A stretch of 52,173 bases of DNA from an uncultured Pseudomonadales bacterium. GTDB lineage: Bacteria; Patescibacteriota; Microgenomatia; UBA1400; PJMF01. The notes under the pieces are model-generated. The model did not search any database and was not told the DNA's origin. It saw nothing but the letters and a program-made list of their open reading frames with translations. Of this stretch, positions 6,140 through 14,367 are shown piece by piece. Both the position numbers and the translations under genes were made by a program. How positions within the stretch are numbered: the first letter of the stretch is position 1; every line of letters starts with the position of its first letter. The stretch lies in assembly GCA_964418385.1 (NCBI GenBank), contig CAYQLH010000002.1:1-52173 (forward strand), read 5' to 3'.

Positions 6140-8311
6140 TTAGGTGTTGCTTGGCGGGCGGTAAGCATCGATAGAATACTCGTCGTGGCCAGCGAAACTC
6201 GGGGGATTGTTGCCATCTGGACGGACGGTGGGTTGATCGGGAATTTTATCGGCGCTGACGTGCGAGCCAGTAGTGCCGGTAGTTGCTACCTGTTTGGCGG
6301 TATTAATACTATTTTTTGCCTGGAAATTGGTTTCAGGAGCGGCTTGATCGGTAGTTGTTACCTGTTGAGTGTCGGTGGTGAGGTTGTTGATCATCGAGTA
6401 AATATTTTGGAGTTCGGCGGCGTTTTGCGTGGCTTGCGGGGAGGGGGTGGGTTGGGGATTGGCGGCGGCGAGGAGTTGCTCTTGTTCGAGAGCAGCTTGC
6501 TGCTGGCGGCGCATGATTTCTTCTGGGTTGGTAGTGATCACGCGGTGTTCTTCTGGAGAAGCGACAACGCGCAGGGCGACGTGATTTTGACCAGCGAAAA
6601 AGATACCTTCGCCGACGTCGACAGCGAGTAGTAGCTGACGTTCACCTTGGGAGAGGTGGAAAGTTTCTACCAAAGGGGGAATAGAGACGCTGGATTGTTT
6701 CATTAAAAACTGGATGGAGGAGTTGGAGACGATAGCTTTGCCGTAGTCATTGTGCAAAAAGTCTTCTACGTCCTGAGAAATGGTGGTGACGCCGAGATAG
6801 TATTTGCGAGCGCGTTTGGCCATAGAATAAAGGAAACTGGCGGAGTCGGCGTTTTTCATAAAATACCAGGCTTCATCAACGATCAGAATTCGTTTGCGGA
6901 AATTGCGCTTGACGCGTGTCCAGACAAAATCGAGAATGACGTACATAGCGATAGGGCGAAGTTCTTCTTCGACTTCTTTGACGGAAAAGACAATGAGTGG
7001 GTTGGAGAGATCGATATTGGATTTTTGATCGAAAAGACCGCGGAAAGAACCAGTAATGAATTTTTCCAGACGGGCGGCAATGTCGAGGGCGGGGGGAATT
7101 TCCATGCCGATAAGCGCTTTGTAAAGATCTTCCATAAGCGGCGGTTCATTGGTTTGAGTACCGGGATCGGGGGTAATGCCTTTAGCTCTGTAGGCAGCAA
7201 CGATCGCTTTGTCGAGAAGTGATTCCTGTTCGGCAGAAAGTTCGCCAAGCATGAGCCGCAGAAGTCCTTGGAGCGAGAGGATTTTTTGACCAAGCTCGTT
7301 TTCACCTTCTTCATAAAGATTGGAAAGATCGAATGGATTTATCTTGGTGGGCGAGTTAAATGAAAAGTCAATGTAAGTACCATCCATTTTGATACTCAGA
7401 TCCTCATACTCATGCTCAGGGTCGAGAATGATGACGTCGACGCCGAACATGAGTTGGCGAATAACTTCCAACTTGGTGGTGTAAGATTTACCAGCACCAG
7501 ATTTGGCGAAAATCACCATGTTGGCGTTTTCCATTTTAAAGCGGTCAAAAATGACGAGCGAATCGTTGTGTTCGTTGATGCCGTACATAATACCGGTTTC
7601 CATGGAAAGTTCCGAAGAGGTGAAGGGGAAAGTGGTAGCGAGTGAAGTGGTATCCATATTGCGGTTAATTTTGAAACGATCAATGCCCATAGGAAGGGTG
7701 TTTTTGAAGCCGTCATTCATCTGCATGGTGGCTTGCTTGGCGATGATAAGCTGTGAGCCGAGAGAAGATTTTAAAGCAGCGCTGATGCGATCAAGATCTT
7801 CCATAGAAGGCGCATAAACAGTGAAATAAAGGCCAAATTGGAAAAACTTGTAAGTACCTTTGGCGAGTTCTTCACGTAAAGAGACGGCATCTTCAAGTTT
7901 GACTTCGGTATCGATATTGGTGATTTTGCCGGCGCGCAAATCTGATTGAAGTTCTGCTTCCATTTCGGTGATTTTGCGTTTGAGTTTTTCAAGAATGTCG
8001 GCAGAGTCGACGGGGTAAACAAACATAGAAATGTCGATAGTGGCGGGAAAATTGATGAGTGGTGAAAGCCAATTGGCGAGAACAGAGCGAGGATAGCCAG
8101 CGACGAAAAAACTGCGAGTGAAGTGAGAATTGATTTTTTGTTCGGAAAAATCAACTTCGATCGCTTCTGGTGAAATGACATCTTGAATAGTAACTAGACC
8201 TTGAGAAAACTGGTGAATTTTTTCAAAAACTTGTTTTTCTTTTTGGGCGTTGGTATCAAACAGATCGCTGTCTGATTTCTTGCCGAAAAGGTTGAACAAA
8301 CTAAATGACAT
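6140..8311 (-). CDS. virB4: VirB4/TrbE/CagE-family type IV secretion ATPase, with Q/T/P-rich C-terminal tail
   Basis: The N-domain pattern is ...FTRSFFVAGYPRSVLANWLSPLINFPATIDISMFVYP.... Walker A is IFAKSGAGKSYTTK, followed by IILDPEHEY, Walker B ILIVDEAWYF, and GVTTISQDVEDF. The last ~130 aa are low complexity. SD AAAAGGAAC precedes the ATG. Confidence 0.85.
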   Translation of the reverse strand: MSFSLFNLFGKKSDSDLFDTNAQKEKQVFEKIHQFSQGLVTIQDVISPEAIEVDFSEQKINSHFTRSFFVAGYPRSVLANWLSPLINFPATIDISMFVYPVDSADILEKLKRKITEMEAELQSDLRAGKITNIDTEVKLEDAVSLREELAKGTYKFFQFGLYFTVYAPSMEDLDRISAALKSSLGSQLIIAKQATMQMNDGFKNTLPMGIDRFKINRNMDTTSLATTFPFTSSELSMETGIMYGINEHNDSLVIFDRFKMENANMVIFAKSGAGKSYTTKLEVIRQLMFGVDVIILDPEHEYEDLSIKMDGTYIDFSFNSPTKINPFDLSNLYEEGENELGQKILSLQGLLRLMLGELSAEQESLLDKAIVAAYRAKGITPDPGTQTNEPPLMEDLYKALIGMEIPPALDIAARLEKFITGSFRGLFDQKSNIDLSNPLIVFSVKEVEEELRPIAMYVILDFVWTRVKRNFRKRILIVDEAWYFMKNADSASFLYSMAKRARKYYLGVTTISQDVEDFLHNDYGKAIVSNSSIQFLMKQSSVSIPPLVETFHLSQGERQLLLAVDVGEGIFFAGQNHVALRVVASPEEHRVITTNPEEIMRRQQQAALEQEQLLAAANPQPTPSPQATQNAAELQNIYSMINNLTTDTQQVTTTDQAAPETNFQAKNSINTAKQVATTGTTGSHVSADKIPDQPTVRPDGNNPPSFAGHDEYSIDAYRPPSNT

Positions 8312-8320
8312 ATGTTCCTT

Positions 8321-9013
8321 TTACTCCAGTTTGCTTTCGACAACATTGGCAGAGATGATAGGCGCGGCGAAATCTTGGCTTTCCATAATGCCGATACCTT
8401 CTGAGTCGCCAGGATTGTAGCTTTGATAGAAGAGTTTGATGATTTCTTGGGTGGTGATTTGATTGGCAAAAAGACCGATGCGACCAAATTGAGAAATAAG
8501 GTGGTCGCGCATAGGGTTGAGAATGCCAGCAGCGCGTTCGATAATAGGAGCAAGCTCATAACGGTCGAGGTTAACGCTAGCAGTAGTATTGAAAACGTTT
8601 TTGGCAGTACCAATGCCGAGATCAAGTGCGGAAGCAGTAATGACGACGTAAAAACTCTTATCTAAGATATTGCTTGTTTTAACCCAAGTGCGGACAAATT
8701 CACGATAACGCGCAATTTGAGCCTTATGATTGGGATTGGTGGTGTTATTCTCCGCTTCGACAAGACTATTGAGATAGTTGCTAATATCTTTAGCTTGAGA
8801 TTTAATGATAATCTGAATGGGAAAATTGAGAGAGTTGAGAATGCCGGCATAAGCGTAAATGGCAGCATCTTGTTCTTCTTCTGACAGAAGGCCAAAATTG
8901 ATAGTACCAACCTCAATAATTTGGGAAATAGAGCCGTCATTAAGAATCACCATGTTATTGGTAATATCAAAAATATCGGTGAATTTCTGTGTCGATGATG
9001 AGATTTCTGACAT
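8321..9013 (-). CDS. Hypothetical T4SS-associated protein resembling only the N-terminal (non-ATPase) domain of VirB4
   Basis: 230 aa with no P-loop. The segment ...ILNDGSISQIIEVGTINFGLLSEEEQDAAIYAYAGILNSLNFPIQIIIKSQAKDISNYL... follows the layout I associate with VirB4/TraC N-domains. It ends 9 nt before virB4, so translational coupling is likely. Confidence 0.45.
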   Translation of the reverse strand: MSEISSSTQKFTDIFDITNNMVILNDGSISQIIEVGTINFGLLSEEEQDAAIYAYAGILNSLNFPIQIIIKSQAKDISNYLNSLVEAENNTTNPNHKAQIARYREFVRTWVKTSNILDKSFYVVITASALDLGIGTAKNVFNTTASVNLDRYELAPIIERAAGILNPMRDHLISQFGRIGLFANQITTQEIIKLFYQSYNPGDSEGIGIMESQDFAAPIISANVVESKLE

Positions 9014-9035
9014 ATAATATTTCTAGTATAACAAA

Positions 9036-10313
9036 TTATTGGGATGTTATCAAGGGTGGAGTAGGAGCGGTGGCAACGGATGGGGTAGGGCTGAGAATGG
9101 GAGTACCAGGGAGTTCGAGATTGGGTAAAATGATGTCGTTAGCGTTTGCTGTAGTGGCAGCATTGGGCGTATCGGTTGGCGGAATAATTGTCGGTACGGT
9201 TGTAGGTGTAGTTTGATTAGCAAGTGGTACAGCAGCGACGTTATCAGCGCTGGCAGAATTAATAACTGAAGTAACGGGAGCGACAGCAGTAATACTGTCG
9301 GTGGCAGCGATGGGAGCGCCGGGAGTGAGGGGAGAAACCACAGTAGTAGACTCGTTGATAATTGGTTTTTCGGTGGGAACAGCTTCAGTAAAAGCTGACG
9401 CAACACTCGTGCTATTTGTATCTAAACTTGGCAAAACTACATCGGAGTTGAGAATGGGAGTCGATGTGGCGGTTTCTGGAGAGATAAGTGGTGGCTGAGG
9501 AAGATTGGTGGGAGTGGGAGCGGTAGAATAAACTGATGAATCAACGTTGGTTGTTTGCGTTTCCAAAGAAGCGACAGGATTATCGTTGGTGAGAGCTGCG
9601 AGGTTGGAATCGGCGGCGGCCAAGCGAGCGTCAACAGCGGTAATTTGCTCGGTGACTTGGATGGGCTGGAAAATACTGTTGGTTTCCAGGAAAGAATTAA
9701 GTGAAGCTTGAGTAGGAGTGATGATTTGGCGTTGGCGTGTGGAATGATCAGCAGTGACGTCACGCTTGATGGTGACTTTTTGCGGTGCAACAACAGCTTG
9801 TGGCTCTGGTGTGGGAGCAGTTTGAAAATCAGCGGTCGCTTGAGCAATTTTTTGGTCGTTAAAAATTTCTAAAGGATCGTCGCCAGTGTCAACGTTGACG
9901 CCGAGAGTGGAAAAGTAAGCGATCGCTTTGTGCTTTTTGGCTGGAGAATCGTTAAAAGTGGAGTTGGCATCGAGAAACTCACGATTGGTGGCTGGCAGCT
10001 CGTAGGTAAAATATGAAGGAATAACCGTTTGTTTGTGCCAGTAGAATTTTGTGGGAGCAAAAAGCGCTTTGAAAAAAACGGTAATCCATTTGCTAAGAGG
10101 ACGACCGCCCAAGGGCACGAAAGCGGCGAAGATGCCGATGCCAACGCTGATAAGCATCAGTGGCCATTTAATTAATTCTGGCCAATTCATACGATAAATA
10201 ATGACTGCGATAATAACACCGGCCATAATCTCACCGAATTGCTTAAGATCAAGCTCGCCGATAAGGTGAAATTTGTAGTTGCTGATATCCTGTGGGATTA
10301 AATGCTCTTGCAT
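9036..10313 (-). CDS. PrgI/TcpE-family (VirB3-like) two-TM T4SS membrane protein with ~300-aa T/P/S/A-rich extension
   Basis: Start set to ATG 10313 (MQEHLIPQDISNYKFHLIGELDLKQFGEIMAGVIIAVIIY...LMLISVGIGIFAAFVPLGGRPLSKWI), which matches the PrgI-family N-terminal pattern (vP.di..Y..k..g.lt.rQ plus 2 TM). The rest is low complexity. TGcTATAAT lies at 10338-10330 on the minus strand. Confidence 0.55.
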   Translation of the reverse strand: MQEHLIPQDISNYKFHLIGELDLKQFGEIMAGVIIAVIIYRMNWPELIKWPLMLISVGIGIFAAFVPLGGRPLSKWITVFFKALFAPTKFYWHKQTVIPSYFTYELPATNREFLDANSTFNDSPAKKHKAIAYFSTLGVNVDTGDDPLEIFNDQKIAQATADFQTAPTPEPQAVVAPQKVTIKRDVTADHSTRQRQIITPTQASLNSFLETNSIFQPIQVTEQITAVDARLAAADSNLAALTNDNPVASLETQTTNVDSSVYSTAPTPTNLPQPPLISPETATSTPILNSDVVLPSLDTNSTSVASAFTEAVPTEKPIINESTTVVSPLTPGAPIAATDSITAVAPVTSVINSASADNVAAVPLANQTTPTTVPTIIPPTDTPNAATTANANDIILPNLELPGTPILSPTPSVATAPTPPLITSQ

Positions 10314-10392
10314 AGTAATTCGCAGGTTCATTATAGCATAGAAAGCGTGGAGGAGCAAATTTGCTATCAACCGAATAACTGAAATCTAAATG

Positions 10393-12168
10393 CTAATTGG
10401 ATGGACCAACTAGGTATTTGGCAGACCAAGCTTGATATTTGGAAGGATAATCTTTTTGTGAGCGAATGCTGCCATCGGCGTTGTAAATTGTATGGGTAAA
10501 GTTAGTTTCAAGACCACCAACAGCCCAATCAATTTGTTTAACCTGTCCTGGTGCGAGAGAGGGATCCTCGATGTATTGTGCCGGTGGAGCACCGCTGGCA
10601 TTAAACTTTTGATAGTTAGTAATAGTAGTATAGCGGCCATCAGAAGTTCCCCAGATTTGGGCATACATATAAAGAGCATTGGAGTCTGTGCTGGTGGTAA
10701 TTAACACATAGTGATCAGTATCATTGATAAAACGAAGATCGACATTGCCGCTAAAAACAGTCGCATCAAAACCGGGGTCATTGGAGAGTTCATAATAAGA
10801 AACACGATAACTATGGGGACGACGGAGAGTAATTTTTAAGCCAGCGTCTAGGAGAGCACGAAAAACAGTAGTAGAAACTTGACAAACGCCGCCACCAGCG
10901 GAAAGAACAGAACGTCCAGATTGAATAATATAACCCTCTTGGTAACCGCCGGCGGCGGAAACATCGCCGACACTGCGGTTAAAAGAAAACTCTTCTCCGG
11001 GAGCGACGAGGGTGCCGTTAATTTGCGAAGCGGCAACAGCGACATTGTGGGCGCGACCAGCACTAGAGTGAGCATAGTAACTTTCGCCAAAACCAATAAC
11101 TTCGGAAATGCCGAGATCGTTGATTTCGGCGAGGGTGTGGGTGGGTGGGGCGGTGATCAGAGGTAATTCTATAGTAAGAGAACTTTCCGAAGAAGTAATA
11201 AGCGTGTCGATATTGGACAAAAGAAGAGTTATAAATTGAGCTTCATCAAGCGTTAAACCGTCAAGTGGCGGAGAAAACTGGGTAACTTTAGTGCGATCTT
11301 CATTAATGACAATTTCTGGTTCTTGTGGCGGTCTGGCAACTTGTTCGTTGACACCGGTGAAGAGCTCGTGAAGATAAGCAGTGTGTGTAGGACTTTTGGG
11401 TAAAAGAATAGGAATAAGGTCAACATCAGTGAAGGTGTGAGTGTAGTTGTTGATTTTGTCAGTATGCCAGATTAAAGATTTGCCGATGAGAGCGCGAGCG
11501 CGTTCTTCTAGAAGCGAGGTTTCTTCTGTGCTGAGCGGAACAAACTCTGGAGAAACAATCAAAGTGGCAGCAATTGTGGCTTGCTTGGGAAATTGATTTT
11601 GAATACTTGTGAATGTTTGCGACCAATCGAGGGCGATTTGCTGACTGCCTGGATCAACACTGGTGTTTTCTCCATTGATGGTAATACTGGGGTGGTGACC
11701 GACCTTTTCGGTTTGTTTGGCGAAAGTGGCGAGAAAGTCACTGAGGCGATTATAATCTGAGCTGAGAGTGACAGAGTCTAGATGAGTGCTTTGATTGGAA
11801 AGTAAATATTGCCAAAACTGGAATCTGGAAAGTTGCTTTTGGGCGTCGAAAAGACGCTGAAGTGTATCTGCAATTTCAAATTTAAAACCCAAAGCGGCGC
11901 TGGAGCTGGCAAGTTGATAATCTGGAGCGATGAGAGTGAGCGTGGATTCTGGTGGGAAGCACCAGATCAAGCTGGCGGCTGCGCTAGCTTCGTTAAAAGT
12001 AGTGTTGGATATGTCAAGAGTGCCAATACTGGTGCGTGGCAGAAAATGCGATTGATAAAAATGCTCGATACACCAAGAAACACCCCAAAGAGAGAGAATG
12101 GCAAAAAAAAGAGCAACAAAAAAATGCATCTGTGAGGAAAGTGGTGAAGGGCATGCTTTTTTTGCCAT
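10393..12168 (-). CDS. VanW-family protein (N-terminal TM, VanW domain, G5-like C-terminus)
   Basis: ...GTLVAPGEEFSFNRSVGDVSAAGGYQEGYIIQSGRSVLSAGGGVCQVSTTVFRALLDAGLKITLRRPHSYRVSYYE...GFDATVF...DLRFINDT is the conserved VanW core. Start ATG 12168 (MAKKACPSPL...) has TATAAT 6 nt upstream. Confidence 0.85.
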   Translation of the reverse strand: MAKKACPSPLSSQMHFFVALFFAILSLWGVSWCIEHFYQSHFLPRTSIGTLDISNTTFNEASAAASLIWCFPPESTLTLIAPDYQLASSSAALGFKFEIADTLQRLFDAQKQLSRFQFWQYLLSNQSTHLDSVTLSSDYNRLSDFLATFAKQTEKVGHHPSITINGENTSVDPGSQQIALDWSQTFTSIQNQFPKQATIAATLIVSPEFVPLSTEETSLLEERARALIGKSLIWHTDKINNYTHTFTDVDLIPILLPKSPTHTAYLHELFTGVNEQVARPPQEPEIVINEDRTKVTQFSPPLDGLTLDEAQFITLLLSNIDTLITSSESSLTIELPLITAPPTHTLAEINDLGISEVIGFGESYYAHSSAGRAHNVAVAASQINGTLVAPGEEFSFNRSVGDVSAAGGYQEGYIIQSGRSVLSAGGGVCQVSTTVFRALLDAGLKITLRRPHSYRVSYYELSNDPGFDATVFSGNVDLRFINDTDHYVLITTSTDSNALYMYAQIWGTSDGRYTTITNYQKFNASGAPPAQYIEDPSLAPGQVKQIDWAVGGLETNFTHTIYNADGSIRSQKDYPSKYQAWSAKYLVGPSN

Positions 12169-12174
12169 ATGTGT

Positions 12175-12245
12175 ATTATATATGATAAGCAGGAGAAAAT
12201 AAAGGTATAAGTGGTAGGCGAAAACACGATAAGGTGTGTTACAAT
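12175..12245. promoter_or_regulatory. Divergent leaderless-type promoters of the VanW/T4SS operon (-) and the GT39-like gene (+)
   Basis: The minus-strand TATAAT is ATTATA at 12175-12180, 6 nt from ATG 12168. The plus-strand TGtTACAAT is at 12237-12245, 7 nt from ATG 12253. Confidence 0.55.
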
Positions 12246-12252
12246 ATGGCGA

Positions 12253-14307
12253 ATGTACACAAATGAGAAACTTGGCTGGCAAAAATATATTTGGTGGTTG
12301 ATAAGTGCGGTTTTGGTGTTTGTTTATATTTGGATATGGTGGCCGCAACTAACCGAAAAGGTGAATTTGGAATATTTAGAAAACTTGTATGCGACATCGC
12401 AATGGATGATTCCACTTTCGAGCCGAATTATGTCGGATAGCGAACTGTATCAGTTGGCGGGGTATCGATTGGTCTGGGAAAAAGCAGGTTTGTATAGTAT
12501 TAATCCAGAAACACCACCGTTGGGTAAAATTCTTTTCGGCTTGGCAATTGGCTGGTGGTCACAGCCACAGATTGTCAGCGTGCTGGTGTGGTTGGCAGTG
12601 GTGGCGAGTGTTGTTTGGTTAGCATGGCGGTGGTTTGGAAAGTTCTACGAAATGTCGGCAGCAGCATGGTGGTTGATTGTAACACCGCTTTTTGCAATGC
12701 AATTAAATGCGGTAATGCTAGATAATTTACAACTTTTGTTTTTGGTGTGGCATTGGATAGCGATGTCCTATTATCGGCGTGGGTCGCGGTGGCGGTGGTT
12801 ACCATTGGTATGCGCCGGTGGTTGCTTAGGTTTTTTTGCAGGCGTGAAAGTGCCATTTTTCTTGCCTTTTGTGGGTATTGCTGATATGTGGTGGTTGTGG
12901 GAAAAACGCTTAAAAGATCGAAAACAAGAGTGGAAGTCTTTTGTGTGGATGATGATAATTTTGGTTGCAGGTATCGGTATAGGATGGTTAGCGACGTATG
13001 GACTTTTTTTTGCGCGTGGTTTGAGCATTGTGGAGTGGTTACGTGGTCAAAAGTGGACTTTGGATTTTTATTTGCATGCTTCGCACGGACAAACGTTTTT
13101 GGCACCGATGATGGTGTGGATTACGAGCTTAACAGGTTGGTATCAATCTGAGTCAGCGTGGGTACATAATACGGGGTGGAGTGTCGCGTGGACATGTTTT
13201 TGGGTTTTGGTTTGGTGGCGACGGCGAGATTGGCACAGGCGGTGGCGCACGAGCGAAGTAAAATGGCGGTATCTGGCAGTGACTTTAGGTTGTTTGATGA
13301 TAGCTAACATGCTCACGTCATTTTATCCGCGATACTTGTTGCTGGTGATACCGTTGATGATTATTTTGGGAGTAAAAATGATGCAAAAAACTCCTGGTAA
13401 ATGGCAATGGTTAGCTGTGATATTGGCGACAGTGCAAATTGTGTGGACAGTGTGGCCGTTGCCTAAGGCTAGTGTGCGCGAGGCAAGCGAAAAGTGGGCG
13501 AGCCGGCATTATCACGATCTTTATTGGCGTTTGGAACGCGGCAGTTTGGATGAAAGTTGGCGAGAATTTCACAATCGTTTGATCCAACAAGACGCAACTT
13601 GGCATGTGCGGGAAGTAGAAATCAAGATTCCGGAATTGATTTGGGCTTGGCCGTGGCAAAATGAAGTACAAGTACCGGTGGTAGTTGAACGGACGTTGGG
13701 AACTGGAGTGGTTTGGCGAGAAAAGATGCAAACAATGTGGAGACGTTGGGGGCAAGAGTGGAGGTTGGTTTGGAACAGCGATTTGGAAACTGCAGGACAT
13801 CAACTTGGTGACGGTTATGAACTCGAATGGTCATTGCCGTCTGAGCAGAAAGTTTATTATACTGATAAACTGTTGGGTGTAGTAGAAATGGGTCAAGAAC
13901 TGTGGGTAAACAAACAGCGCTTAATTGCGGACGGCGAAGCGACAATTACTGCTTTGATACGAGAAAAGGAATTAATGTCACAAGTGGAGTGGGAAAATCG
14001 ACTTTGGAGCGAAGGTGAAGGTTTGAATAACGTGCGAATATTTGATGTGCTTACACAACAAGACGAGAAGGTGGCGCAAACATTGATGGCAAGCAGTGAA
14101 GCGTTTGAGTTGCGTGACAGCTTGACGGAGAGGCGAGTGCGAGCTTTGGAAGCAACTGGCGCGGCGTGGGAAAAACAAGCTTTGGAACGTGCAGCGACAC
14201 CAGGTGTACGCTTGTGGCGCAGTCGAGACAATCAACGAACATTGGTGTGGGAATTGTTGATGCCGCCAGTAGAGCCAATTATAGTGGACTTAATTAATCA
14301 AAACTAG
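12253..14307 (+). CDS. Polytopic membrane glycosyltransferase, GT39/PMT_2 (ArnT-like) family, with W-rich ~300-aa C-terminal soluble domain
   Basis: Loop-1 acidic motif SDSELY and NPETPPLGKILFGL (the hPPLgK motif of GT39/GT83 enzymes), followed by about 10 TM segments. Start set to ATG 12253 (MYTNEKLGWQ). Confidence 0.6.
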   Translation: MYTNEKLGWQKYIWWLISAVLVFVYIWIWWPQLTEKVNLEYLENLYATSQWMIPLSSRIMSDSELYQLAGYRLVWEKAGLYSINPETPPLGKILFGLAIGWWSQPQIVSVLVWLAVVASVVWLAWRWFGKFYEMSAAAWWLIVTPLFAMQLNAVMLDNLQLLFLVWHWIAMSYYRRGSRWRWLPLVCAGGCLGFFAGVKVPFFLPFVGIADMWWLWEKRLKDRKQEWKSFVWMMIILVAGIGIGWLATYGLFFARGLSIVEWLRGQKWTLDFYLHASHGQTFLAPMMVWITSLTGWYQSESAWVHNTGWSVAWTCFWVLVWWRRRDWHRRWRTSEVKWRYLAVTLGCLMIANMLTSFYPRYLLLVIPLMIILGVKMMQKTPGKWQWLAVILATVQIVWTVWPLPKASVREASEKWASRHYHDLYWRLERGSLDESWREFHNRLIQQDATWHVREVEIKIPELIWAWPWQNEVQVPVVVERTLGTGVVWREKMQTMWRRWGQEWRLVWNSDLETAGHQLGDGYELEWSLPSEQKVYYTDKLLGVVEMGQELWVNKQRLIADGEATITALIREKELMSQVEWENRLWSEGEGLNNVRIFDVLTQQDEKVAQTLMASSEAFELRDSLTERRVRALEATGAAWEKQALERAATPGVRLWRSRDNQRTLVWELLMPPVEPIIVDLINQN

Positions 14308-14367
14308 ATTGTCGATAAACGTTTTGGTAGTTTACTTTGCTGAGGCAATATTGTATAATAGAGGTCT

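Noticed and set aside
4672-8625. Numerous antisense or overlapping ORFs inside dnaA and virB4 (e.g. 4672..5097, 5110..5436, 6134..6631, 6752..7222, 8194..8625). Similar ones lie inside the giant protein, rho, argS and other genes
   Set aside because: They are shadow ORFs on the opposite strand or in other frames of genes with clear family signatures. They have no start signals and biased composition.
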